From a virus (lineage: Duplodnaviria; Caudoviricetes), in the IMG/VR virus record IMGVR_UViG_3300023174_003901, positions 128,001 through 192,000 of that record: a stretch of DNA of 64,000 nt; one strand, 5' to 3'. The number at the start of each line of letters is the position of its first letter. Position 1 is the stretch's first letter. The translations under genes were made by a program, and so were the position numbers. Shown in pieces: positions 37,575 through 46,859 of the stretch. A model generated the notes under the pieces. That model did not search any database. It had not been told where the DNA came from and saw nothing but the letters and a program-made list of their open reading frames with translations.

Positions 37575-38191
37575 GTGTGTTTTCTACTAGCGTGTCGTGC
37601 AAGATCATCTGTGGCGTGATGTGCAATGGGTTTAAAATACTTGGCATTTGCATCCGTTGCTAATATATCCTTTAATCTGGGATCTGCTGTGGCAATTGGG
37701 AAGGCCAGTTGTTGTTGAATATTTTCTAGATATCGTTGGCCATAAAGATGCAGTAATTCATAACTCAAGAACACAGGTGCTGCCAATTGATCAAACTCTG
37801 CCAGGGCCGTGCTCAATGTAGTTGCGCCACGGACACGGGACTGTTGCATTTGAACTATGTTCTGATCACGTCCTAACACAGCAAACTTTATACGTAGACC
37901 TGCTATTTGCAATTTAGACACAAATGCTTTGAAATTGGGCACCGTAGGCACACCATTATTCATATACGGCACACTCATTGACGTCACATACCAGTCGCTC
38001 TGAGCCCATCTGTAGTATCGCAATTGATCAGGATCCTGCCAGTACTGTGCAAATGGCTCTTGATCATGTCCTATCCAATAATCCGTTAATAGTGCTGACC
38101 ATCCTGAGACCTGAGGGTGTAGGGCAAATATCTTGCTCCATAAGTGATTGCCTGCGCCTTGCGGGCCTGTTAAGATTAATATTGTTTTCAT
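37571..38191 (-). CDS. sulfotransferase-like P-loop protein
   Basis: LTGPQGAGNHLWSKIF; VLGRD; FLSYELL. Confidence 0.5.
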   Translation of the reverse strand: MKTILILTGPQGAGNHLWSKIFALHPQVSGWSALLTDYWIGHDQEPFAQYWQDPDQLRYYRWAQSDWYVTSMSVPYMNNGVPTVPNFKAFVSKLQIAGLRIKFAVLGRDQNIVQMQQSRVRGATTLSTALAEFDQLAAPVFLSYELLHLYGQRYLENIQQQLAFPIATADPRLKDILATDANAKYFKPIAHHATDDLARHASRKHT

Positions 38192-38838
38192 CGGGGTAGT
38201 GCCGCTAGGTAGTCCATGGTTGCGGCAGTTCGTATGCCTGTTAATTGCAATGTCACGCGAGGATCAAAGCCTGCGTTGGCTGTGCAGTGTGGAATATTGG
38301 CCCAGTCAAATGTTGTTACATCTCCTGCCCGCCAATGGTTGTAGTGATAATTGCCGTATTCCCAGAACTGTCCTGGCTGCCACGCTGTCAATTGAATCAT
38401 TATACGCATGATGCTGTCAGGGTGTTCGGGGCTCCATTTCTGCAATTTATCTATGTGTAGATTCCATACTTCTCCAGGCTGCTGTACGTGTATGCGATTC
38501 ATGCAGTCTTCCAGTGCAAAAGCATCACTGATACGCTGTAGACTTTCAGGCATGCGCCACGTCAAATGTGAAATAGGCAAGTCCGCAGGCATGCCATTTG
38601 CCGTCAAATCATATTCTTCTTTTTCAAGTTCTTCCGGCGGCGCTTCCAGTCCTTCACCTTTGTAACCACGTGTGGCCCAGGTTGCAGGTCGTGCGTTTGC
38701 AACAATATCCGTTAAGTCGTGAGCCCACGTGGGTTCTATACAGCCCAAGTATGCAACAACCGTTTCCGGCCGATCTATTTGTTTAGGATCAAAATGATAG
38801 GTGCTCTTGGACTTTGATATTTCCCAATTTGATTTCAT
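38188..38838 (-). CDS. AspH-like / Fe(II)-2OG oxygenase (cupin) protein
   Basis: QQPGEVWNLHID, RIMIQL, FDWANIPHCTAN, RVTLQLTG. Confidence 0.7.
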   Translation of the reverse strand: MKSNWEISKSKSTYHFDPKQIDRPETVVAYLGCIEPTWAHDLTDIVANARPATWATRGYKGEGLEAPPEELEKEEYDLTANGMPADLPISHLTWRMPESLQRISDAFALEDCMNRIHVQQPGEVWNLHIDKLQKWSPEHPDSIMRIMIQLTAWQPGQFWEYGNYHYNHWRAGDVTTFDWANIPHCTANAGFDPRVTLQLTGIRTAATMDYLAALPR

Positions 38839-39455
38839 ATCACTGTTACCCTTATGTTTGATTGACCATAGTTTTGGCTGTATTCACCTGGCGGCCAATC
38901 AAGATTCAATATACTGGCCAACTCGTGATTTGTCAGCGGGTGCCTTCCGTAATATTGAAGTTGTGCCGCTACTATACCTGCATTTTGCTCGCGAATTATA
39001 CCAGCCATTGTTTTTAAGTTCTTGTAATAGTCATGATACAGTGGATATGTGATGTCAAAATGGCCGCACTTGACCCACCAACCTAAACAAGCGTCATCAT
39101 CACGATGCACCAACACTATGGGGCAGTCAGGCCATGTTGCTTTGATATAATCAATATGATTGGCAAACACGTGACTTTTGATAATTCTAATTCCTGTGCC
39201 CGAAAATGGCCTATCAAATTCTGCTTCGCACTGGTCTTTTGTGTATTGATCCAATTGATCAAAGAAATGGCCGAATTCCATTCCAGGATCAAAATACGCA
39301 CCCAAGTGCATTAATTCTCGCCGGCCACTCGCATCGTGATAATATGTACGTGCGTCAGAATAGTCAGAACGATCAATATCGGAACTGTAATAAATGTTCT
39401 TTACTACACTTGACCATTTAGAGCCTGGAGCGCCAGCCACAAAGATATATTTCAT
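38835..39455 (-). CDS. sulfotransferase-like P-loop protein
   Basis: FVAGAPGSKWS, RIIKSH, IVLVHR. Confidence 0.55.
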   Translation of the reverse strand: MKYIFVAGAPGSKWSSVVKNIYYSSDIDRSDYSDARTYYHDASGRRELMHLGAYFDPGMEFGHFFDQLDQYTKDQCEAEFDRPFSGTGIRIIKSHVFANHIDYIKATWPDCPIVLVHRDDDACLGWWVKCGHFDITYPLYHDYYKNLKTMAGIIREQNAGIVAAQLQYYGRHPLTNHELASILNLDWPPGEYSQNYGQSNIRVTVI

Positions 39456-40429
39456 TCTTTACTTAAATCAATTTTACTCAGCACAGGAATAAAGGCGGCT
39501 CTTAGGTCATCCATGTGTCGTTTTAATCCAGCAGGAGTTAGTTCATCTTCAGCATAAAAGATAACATTGGCATCCGTATATTCTCGATATTCTGCACTAC
39601 GAACAGCGGCTGAGAACTGTTGTTGATACCAGTCTGCGATATCCTTAGATGTACCAGGAGGCAATTGAATTGACCACGCGGCATATACGTTAATGCCAGG
39701 TGTGACTGTGTTCAATAACGGAACTGCAGGAAACTGTGGCATTCGCCTTGTGCCGGTAAATCCAATGGGCTTTACCTTGCCCCCATCAATTAATGATTTG
39801 GCCACTGCAATGGGCACAATACCAAATTCTGTTCCTATCTTACCATCCCATTGACCCACACTTTGCAGTGCAGGAACAGGGCCATTGAATTTGATGCTTT
39901 TAACAACATCCTTGTTGCCCCGGCCCTTGTCCATTAGGTATTCAAATGCAGTACGATGCGCACCGCCACCAATGGCCACATTGATATTTCTACCCGATTG
40001 AATATATTTTACAAAGTCCTGAGGAGTTTCAATCCCACTCTTTACACTTGCAACTAGTACCAATGGTGATTTACCCATTGTGAGCACATCAACAAATGAA
40101 TCGTAATTGTATTTTTTGATGTTCTTTTCCCAGATGTCGTTTGTGACATAACTGCTCATGTGGCTGGGCAGATTAATGGTGTGCCCATCATTGGCGGCTT
40201 CTAAAAACCGGTTGTTGGCAATCACACTGTCTGCGCCAGGAATGTTTTGTACAACATACACAAAGTTGGGATTGCGCTTCTGCACAATTTCAGCCAGTTT
40301 GCGGAAGGCCATTTCGTTTCCGGCCCCGGGGGTGTTGCCAATAACAACTGTGACAGGACGTGTGGGCTCCCAGGCAAATGCCATGACAGGCGCCAGTAGT
40401 GCGGCGATTAATAATTTTTTGATTGACAT
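39452..40429 (-). CDS. Bug/TctC tripartite tricarboxylate transporter substrate-binding protein
   Basis: Signal peptide; WEPTRPVTVVIGNTPGAG, NIPGA, KVKPIG, PGTSKDI. Confidence 0.85.
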   Translation of the reverse strand: MSIKKLLIAALLAPVMAFAWEPTRPVTVVIGNTPGAGNEMAFRKLAEIVQKRNPNFVYVVQNIPGADSVIANNRFLEAANDGHTINLPSHMSSYVTNDIWEKNIKKYNYDSFVDVLTMGKSPLVLVASVKSGIETPQDFVKYIQSGRNINVAIGGGAHRTAFEYLMDKGRGNKDVVKSIKFNGPVPALQSVGQWDGKIGTEFGIVPIAVAKSLIDGGKVKPIGFTGTRRMPQFPAVPLLNTVTPGINVYAAWSIQLPPGTSKDIADWYQQQFSAAVRSAEYREYTDANVIFYAEDELTPAGLKRHMDDLRAAFIPVLSKIDLSKE

Positions 40430-40481
40430 GCGGACTCCTTAAATAGTATTTGAAAATCAACTTTATTTACCAAAATTTCTT

Positions 40482-41207
40482 ATGAACACCAAAATTTTTA
40501 ACCTCTTAACAAAAAATTTGCAACTAGCGTTTAATTTACCCAAGTATGCAAATATTTCTATTGATGCTGATACTGTTGTACAAGACCTGCCCTGGACCCC
40601 AGCACGTTATTCAAAGTTCAAGGACGCTGTGGAAGCAGAGTTATCGTTGCCTTGCGATTATGTGGGTACATTACGAAGCATAGTAGACGATCTTTCAGAA
40701 CGTTATATTCTACGTTTCTTCAGTGAAATATGGAAGCCACGCACAGGCGACTATGAACACACAGGTTGGGAACTTGCTGATGAGATCAACAAATTAAATC
40801 CTGAGCGTGTGTTGGACGTGGGCTGTGGCTATCACCCATTCAAAGGGCGCATACAGAACATTGTTGGAATTGACCCTTACAATAACTGTGCAGATTATGA
40901 AGTTGATATCTTAGAGTACCGAGTCAAGCATCAATACGATGTTATTATTGCGCTGGGATCAATCAACTTTAATAGTCGAGACGAAATTGAGCAACGTTTT
41001 GCACACTGTGTGAGTTTGTTGAAACAGGGTGGAAAATTTTACTTACGTGCCAATCCTGGTATCACACACAAAACAGGACCTTATGTGGAAATATTCCCCT
41101 GGACATTTGAAGTAGTAAATGAATTTGCTGAGCAGTACAATTTACATTTGGATACCTACAAAAAGGATGCCAATGATCGATTGTATTTTGTCTATACCAA
41201 ACTGTGA
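40482..41207 (+). CDS. SAM methyltransferase with N-terminal ACP-like domain
   Basis: VLDVGCG, GIDP, IALGSINF, LKQGG; the first ~75 aa follow an acyl-carrier-protein helix pattern. Confidence 0.75.
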   Translation: MNTKIFNLLTKNLQLAFNLPKYANISIDADTVVQDLPWTPARYSKFKDAVEAELSLPCDYVGTLRSIVDDLSERYILRFFSEIWKPRTGDYEHTGWELADEINKLNPERVLDVGCGYHPFKGRIQNIVGIDPYNNCADYEVDILEYRVKHQYDVIIALGSINFNSRDEIEQRFAHCVSLLKQGGKFYLRANPGITHKTGPYVEIFPWTFEVVNEFAEQYNLHLDTYKKDANDRLYFVYTKL

Positions 41208-41836
41208 TTTTGCAGGTAGTTGGCGGCTGCAGAATGTGCCTGTTCCAATGGATGATGATATTCTGTACTAATAGCATGCCCATTGCGTTGACTCCAGGCC
41301 ACAAAGTTTGCACCGTCAAACAAATGCAAGTGTGGCGCAATTTTTTGTTGTAATTGTGCAATGCCTGGACTGATGTTCCATCTTGAATCCAGCAATAATT
41401 CGTCCATGTAAGTCATGCAAAACTTTGCTCCCACGGACTGTAGTGCTTGCACAGCACAATCAATCCAAATTAAATTGTTTAATTTGTCTGTGTATTCTGC
41501 TTGGAAGTGTCGATAATAAAATTCTGCTCGCTCATGTTGATCCCAAGGCAAGACAGAATGCCATTGATTGTTGCCAGCATACATATAGTCCCAACGATTT
41601 ACAAAAGTCCAATTGATTACATAAACATCACTGCTGTGTTGTGCCACCTGATCCAGTATGTTGTTTAGTATTTGTAAATTGCCCGATCCTGGCCTGGCAT
41701 AACACTGATACTCCAATCCTTGACGTTGGGCAATTATGGCCGGCCATGTCAATTGACTGTATTTTTTTGATTTGGTGGTAATGTCAGAAAGATCACTGCC
41801 AAAAATAAAACTGCACCCGAAACTTTTCAACTTCAT
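41192..41836 (-). CDS. SGNH-like hydrolase-fold protein
   Basis: SFGCSFIFG, ARPGSGN, HHPLEQAH. Confidence 0.6.
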   Translation of the reverse strand: MKLKSFGCSFIFGSDLSDITTKSKKYSQLTWPAIIAQRQGLEYQCYARPGSGNLQILNNILDQVAQHSSDVYVINWTFVNRWDYMYAGNNQWHSVLPWDQHERAEFYYRHFQAEYTDKLNNLIWIDCAVQALQSVGAKFCMTYMDELLLDSRWNISPGIAQLQQKIAPHLHLFDGANFVAWSQRNGHAISTEYHHPLEQAHSAAANYLQNHSLV

Positions 41837-41870
41837 AGTGCAGTTATATATTGTGAATTATATGTGTAGT

Positions 41871-42620
41871 TTATTTTCCAGCCACTGCCAGTGCGGCGCC
41901 TTTGTTGAAACTGGGACTCCAGGGACTGTTGGCCTGAACCAAACCTTTGCGCTTGCTCCAATTGTAGCCAGCACGATGTCCTGAGCAGTCCTTGGTACAG
42001 GTTGAGCCCAGGAACTGTAATTCACTCAATTGCTCACGTCCTTTGATGCCAATGACCATTGAGCGTTGATACTCAGTTTCAGGATCTTCCAGGTCCCATG
42101 TGCCTGAATACAGTACTGATTCTAATGGATATGCCTGTAACAGTTCTTCAGGAGATTCGTATGCGTTTTGTTCCACAGCATCTCGTCCTTGCATGATCAC
42201 CAGGGTGCCGTCAGGAATATTATCAAACCATCCGTGGTCAGCAATGTCGTTGATGCTGGTGTTTATGACTAGTCCGGGCTGTTCAAGTTGTCTGTAGTCT
42301 AGTTCATTGACATCAGCCTGCATGTGTTCCACACCTGAAATATTCATATCTTGTTGCAATTGCTGACCAGTACGCAACCATTCGCCTCGTTGTTCTACAT
42401 CCACAATTCGATCAATAGGCACGCCTGTTCTGCGTAGGATTGTGCTGAGATTGCTGTACCAAGAGCCCAGTATGTAAGCAACAGGTACTGATTCAACGCC
42501 CTGTTGTTCCAGTATCAATTTGAGTTCACGGGCCAGCCACAGTTTGCTGAACACCAGATCCGGCGTGTAACTGCCCTCTAAACTAGGGCCGCTGGATTCA
42601 AAGATATCACCCAGATTCAT
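41871..42620 (-). CDS. methyltransferase-like domain plus C-terminal two-Cys module, CTS-like start
   Basis: MNLGDIFES; ILGSWY, VDVE, LVINTS; QLSEL|QFLGSTCTKDCSGHRAG. Confidence 0.55.
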   Translation of the reverse strand: MNLGDIFESSGPSLEGSYTPDLVFSKLWLARELKLILEQQGVESVPVAYILGSWYSNLSTILRRTGVPIDRIVDVEQRGEWLRTGQQLQQDMNISGVEHMQADVNELDYRQLEQPGLVINTSINDIADHGWFDNIPDGTLVIMQGRDAVEQNAYESPEELLQAYPLESVLYSGTWDLEDPETEYQRSMVIGIKGREQLSELQFLGSTCTKDCSGHRAGYNWSKRKGLVQANSPWSPSFNKGAALAVAGK

Positions 42621-43049
42621 TTAGTTGGCCTTTTGCCCGCGATCTTTTTCAGTGATAGGACCGCCTACTACCCAGCCCGCACAGGTTCTGGTTCCAGCAC
42701 ATTTAAAGTGTAGAAAATTGCAGTAGCCAAGATCACTCAAGTTTATTGTGGCCACAGCGTCTGCATGTTTTTCATCGCCTTGGATTCCTGACTCGATACA
42801 CTTGCGCATACTGTCACTGGCATCAAACGCCGCACAGTTGCCGCAAAGCATGGTCTTTACAGTTTTTTCTGGCACCGCCCAACGCTTGGCAGCACCTGCC
42901 CAATAGTCGCCTGGCTCTAGTGGATTAGCCGGGCCGTAGTGATAGTCGTCAATGGCTGTTTGGCGATTTTTAAGATTTAAGGTGATATCATGCGTGGCAA
43001 TAGGACAGCCCTTTTGCACCGCTTCCACAAGATTGATGTACTGTCTCAT
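42621..43049 (-). CDS. Cys-rich hypothetical protein with CTS-like start
   Basis: MRQYINLVEA; CGNCAAF, GYCNFLHFKC, RTC. Confidence 0.65.
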   Translation of the reverse strand: MRQYINLVEAVQKGCPIATHDITLNLKNRQTAIDDYHYGPANPLEPGDYWAGAAKRWAVPEKTVKTMLCGNCAAFDASDSMRKCIESGIQGDEKHADAVATINLSDLGYCNFLHFKCAGTRTCAGWVVGGPITEKDRGQKAN

Positions 43050-43057
43050 TGGGTACC

Positions 43058-43972
43058 TTAGGCCTTTTTGGGCAATGCTTTGTAGTTGGATTTCTTGTCA
43101 GCGCGATTAAACTCTCGTGCTACTGATTGTTTGATGCCTACTTTGCGAGCAAACTCGGGATTGTGCGCAGCCGCTGCCATTGTGCGGAACTGTGCTTGGC
43201 TTGTGGACTTTTCATTCAAGTCGCCTTCGTGTACTCCGGTATCTGCCATAGCATGGCCCACAGCATGGCCGTGTGCTCCTCCGGCCACAGCACCCTGTGC
43301 CACGTGTCCTGCCGCTTGGCCAGCACGTTTTTGCCAATTAGGGTCAGGAGTAAAAGACTTTTTAATATTGTCCCATACACCTTCTGTTAAATCTTCTGCG
43401 GCCCATGAGACGTAACTATCGCCATTGATGTCACCAGCACGTATCACAAACACGCCACCGTTGTCGTAGCCGCCTTCGTCTTCGCCAATTTCCCAGCCCA
43501 TTTTTGCCAGTGCGGCTTCAATTTGCATTTGTGTTGCTTCGTCTCCGGCCCACCACATTCTAGCGTAGTTATGTAAGGCATCGTCTTCACCGCCACTGTC
43601 ACCATCATCGGCTGCAAATTCATTTAGGCCTTCGCTCAAGTCCTCATCTGAAAAGGCCATAAAATCATATGGTCCCCACTTTTGTCCTGTGCGACTGTCT
43701 ATAGTGTCATCGTGATCACCATATTCATAGTAGTCATCACTGTAGATTTCCACACCGTCAAAGTCACCATTGTAATCAATATGCAGTTTACGTGTTTTAC
43801 CATCAGGACAAACAATGCCGCGATTTAGTAAACGTTCAACATCTTGTTGACTCTTGATACCTTTTTGCAGACTACCTGTGTCAAAGGTACCATTGTACCA
43901 GGCCGAGGCCAGGGCTTGGAAGTAGTTGCCTGAATCTCCGCCACCTGAGGGTGCAAATTCTCTCAGTCTCAT
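43058..43972 (-). CDS. multi-module putative internal head polyprotein
   Basis: MRLREFAP start; internal DLSEG, LNEFA, DLTEG, GVHEG and DLNEK. Confidence 0.65.
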   Translation of the reverse strand: MRLREFAPSGGGDSGNYFQALASAWYNGTFDTGSLQKGIKSQQDVERLLNRGIVCPDGKTRKLHIDYNGDFDGVEIYSDDYYEYGDHDDTIDSRTGQKWGPYDFMAFSDEDLSEGLNEFAADDGDSGGEDDALHNYARMWWAGDEATQMQIEAALAKMGWEIGEDEGGYDNGGVFVIRAGDINGDSYVSWAAEDLTEGVWDNIKKSFTPDPNWQKRAGQAAGHVAQGAVAGGAHGHAVGHAMADTGVHEGDLNEKSTSQAQFRTMAAAAHNPEFARKVGIKQSVAREFNRADKKSNYKALPKKA

Positions 43973-44553
43973 AGGATACCTGCGGCGGATTGTATCGTGC
44001 GAATAGCATCATCTCGATCGTAAGTGGCCTTCACAGGCAAACCTGCGGCCGTGCGCCATTCGTTGAGATCGCGCTCTGTGCGCTCGCGATACTCTCTTGG
44101 ACTGAGTGGCACCAAGCGAGCAAATTCTTCAGTACTCCAAGGGTGTGTCTTTTCCTTGTAGACCATGGTCCAGTCTTCAGGTTCAAACTCTGTTAGTGTA
44201 GCCAGGTCTTCCAAGAGTTCGTTGATCTGCTCAGGAGCGGCTCTGCGACGTCGCATTTCCACGTAAACCAGATATCTATTGGGTTTGATTTCGCCAGGGC
44301 TTTGATCAGCGTCCAGCACAAAGTCATAGCCTTTTTCAAACCAATTCATCAGGTCCTTGGCAGCGGCTTTGTCACGGGCAAAGAAACTCACAACAATGAT
44401 GTCATCATCGTCACCCATTTTGGATGAGAATTCATCAATGTGAATAGTGGGCTTGAGTATGCCCTCAAGGTCTTTGTAGCCAAGACCTTCAAGAAGCGAC
44501 TGGCGGTGCGGCTGCAATTGGTGCTCCTGGTTGTTGTAGTGATTGTTGTGCAT
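43969..44553 (-). CDS. hypothetical protein
   Basis: Start uncertain (44553-44592); overlaps the upstream gene. Confidence 0.6.
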   Translation of the reverse strand: MHNNHYNNQEHQLQPHRQSLLEGLGYKDLEGILKPTIHIDEFSSKMGDDDDIIVVSFFARDKAAAKDLMNWFEKGYDFVLDADQSPGEIKPNRYLVYVEMRRRRAAPEQINELLEDLATLTEFEPEDWTMVYKEKTHPWSTEEFARLVPLSPREYRERTERDLNEWRTAAGLPVKATYDRDDAIRTIQSAAGIL

Positions 44554-45097
44554 TTTCTGCGCTCTGGTCATTTTGATATTGTTCTCCATCAAGATCTTCT
44601 TGATAGGCTGAATCCAAATCTTCTAGATCAATTTCCTCGTCTTCCAACTCAATTGATCCTGTGCGGATGTCTGAAATCAAGGCCTTGGGCATGACAATTT
44701 CCACCAGCCATACATGTTTGTCCACCAAGCGAGCGGTGTGCGTACCAGCCATGTAGTCTGCAGGTTGCTCCACTTTGATGGGTATTTTGATAGTGGTTTT
44801 TTTGAACTTGACATCGCAATCAAACGGCAGCAGTCGACGTGCGCCACGTGGATCAGGCATGAGTTTTTCCGGCCACATAAAGATACAGCCCACTTTGTAC
44901 TTGCCAATGTCGGGACCTTGTACCAGTTCACCGCGGTCCCAGTTTTTGAATGCATACAAGTCCATTTCGTCCAGCACACGCTCAAAATCCAGGAGAGTAA
45001 GCAAACTGCCTTCTGATAGATAGATATCGCGGATGTTGTCAGCCACCATCCAGTAATCCTGATGATCTTTAAAAATTGCTTCGTCTTTGAGTGCCAT
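44489..45097 (-). CDS. hypothetical late protein
   Basis: MALKDE start 5 nt after TAAATA; acidic tail. Confidence 0.65.
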   Translation of the reverse strand: MALKDEAIFKDHQDYWMVADNIRDIYLSEGSLLTLLDFERVLDEMDLYAFKNWDRGELVQGPDIGKYKVGCIFMWPEKLMPDPRGARRLLPFDCDVKFKKTTIKIPIKVEQPADYMAGTHTARLVDKHVWLVEIVMPKALISDIRTGSIELEDEEIDLEDLDSAYQEDLDGEQYQNDQSAENAQQSLQQPGAPIAAAPPVAS

Positions 45098-45260
45098 GCA
45101 GATATTTATGGCAAACATCAATTCCGGGTTTGTTTAAATTTGCTCCGGACAGTGGAATACTTATGCTAGAAATATCTGAAATACATGGTCAGAAAACTCC
45201 GGGCTAACTCACCTAAATATTCACACAGCCAGACCGGCTGTTTCAAAAGGAGAATCGCAC

Positions 45261-45995
45261 TTGAGTAGAAACAGAGGCGCTAAGGCGCAACAACGTATGC
45301 AAACAAACATTGAAAACACAATTCCGTTTAACACACAACCAAAGGCACGACAACGACCCATAGAACTAATACCCAAAACACGAAACCAAGAGCATCTCAT
45401 ACTAAATCTACTCGACGCAGACCAACACATCATTGTAACAGCAGGGCCAGCAGGAACTGGTAAAACCTATCTAGCCATGCTGGCAGCGGTCAAAGCCTTC
45501 AGAAGCGGCGAAGCCAAGCGTATCGTTCTAACTCGTCCCGCCATCGGCGTGGAGGATGAACAACATGGCTTCTTACCCGGCAATCTAGTGGCCAAAATGG
45601 AACCCTGGACAAGACCCTTGCTTGATGTACTGCGTGAGTATTACCGGCCCGCTGAGATCACTGCCATGATCGAAGAAGGCAACATTGAAATTTCACCCTT
45701 GGCCTACATGCGTGGACGCACGTTCAAGCATGCCTGGATCATTGCAGATGAAATGCAAAACGCTACTCCCGCACAAATGAAAATGCTCCTGAGCCGCATC
45801 GGCACCGGCAGCAAGATTGTGGTAACTGGAGATGTGGAACAAGCAGATCGCAAAGAGCACAACAATGGACTGTTGGATCTGTGTATCAAATTAGAGGCAC
45901 GGCCCGTGGCAGGTATGGCTGTGTGCAGACTGACCGGAAAAGATATCCAGCGTCACCCTATAATTGGCTCAGTGCTGAGATTGTACGAAGATTAG
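45261..45995 (+). CDS. phoH: PhoH-like ATPase
   Basis: GPAGTGKT, LTRP, GFLPG, YMRGRT, ADEMQN, TGDVEQ, RHP. Confidence 0.93.
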   Translation: MSRNRGAKAQQRMQTNIENTIPFNTQPKARQRPIELIPKTRNQEHLILNLLDADQHIIVTAGPAGTGKTYLAMLAAVKAFRSGEAKRIVLTRPAIGVEDEQHGFLPGNLVAKMEPWTRPLLDVLREYYRPAEITAMIEEGNIEISPLAYMRGRTFKHAWIIADEMQNATPAQMKMLLSRIGTGSKIVVTGDVEQADRKEHNNGLLDLCIKLEARPVAGMAVCRLTGKDIQRHPIIGSVLRLYED

Positions 45996-46606
45996 GAGGT
46001 GACGATTTCGTAAATTTCTCGCCAGTTTTTGACTACCGGAATTTGTTCGTTGACATGATTCATATTATGCCCATGCTCCATCAGGATGCTACGTAAACCT
46101 AAATCTAGTCCAACTTCAGCATTTTCCGGTTTGTCTTCAATCCAGTGACAACCAGAATTCTGATACTCACTCAATGCATCATTCTTGTCTGCACCGGTGT
46201 CCAAACACACAATGCGTTCAAATGCAGTTTTTCCAAATAACTTACGTAGATTCATTTCTCTCAGTTTGCCGGCGTTGGCATCAAGACTTAGACTGGTAAT
46301 ACAGTGAAATACGTAACCGTGTTCTTCGTGCAAGCGTTTGACATAATACATGGCATCACGTAATGGAGGCAAAAAACCAATGGCAGCCGATTCGTTAAAA
46401 ATCTTAATCAACTTGCGACCTTGTTCATGGTCAATTCCGTAGCGTTGTCCTATATCATACATGAACTGACTGCCTTCAGTTCTCACAAAGCCATGCTCTT
46501 CCATCCAGACTGAGAAGGCATATTCCCAATCTAAGATAACGCCGTCGGCATCAACTAGGATCAACTGTTTGGGGTTGTACTTCTGGGGTTTCTTCAGGTT
46601 TGACAA
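45992..46606 (-). CDS. HAD-superfamily 5'(3')-nucleotidase-like protein
   Basis: LVDADGVILDW, CITS, WIEDK. Confidence 0.8.
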   Translation of the reverse strand: MSNLKKPQKYNPKQLILVDADGVILDWEYAFSVWMEEHGFVRTEGSQFMYDIGQRYGIDHEQGRKLIKIFNESAAIGFLPPLRDAMYYVKRLHEEHGYVFHCITSLSLDANAGKLREMNLRKLFGKTAFERIVCLDTGADKNDALSEYQNSGCHWIEDKPENAEVGLDLGLRSILMEHGHNMNHVNEQIPVVKNWREIYEIVTS

Positions 46607-46859
46607 TTTCGTATCCGTTCTCTTTTAGTAAGCGTTCAATAATGTTTTCATAATATTGATTGTAGTAGGAAACAATTCGGTCCCAATCTCTAGGAACCAC
46701 TGTACCAACCATGCTACATTTTACTACAGAAAGGGTGCGAAAGTCAAGTATTACATTGCAAGTTTGAATGTCTCGCTTTTTTAGATTTCGGCTGATTGCG
46801 GTGCTTTCGTCAATTTGGCCATTGGGTTTTTTATAGTAGGTAATTAATAGATATCTCAT
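46551..46859 (-). CDS. hypothetical protein
   Basis: 102 aa, coupled to neighbours. Confidence 0.6.
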   Translation of the reverse strand: MRYLLITYYKKPNGQIDESTAISRNLKKRDIQTCNVILDFRTLSVVKCSMVGTVVPRDWDRIVSYYNQYYENIIERLLKENGYEIVKPEETPEVQPQTVDPS

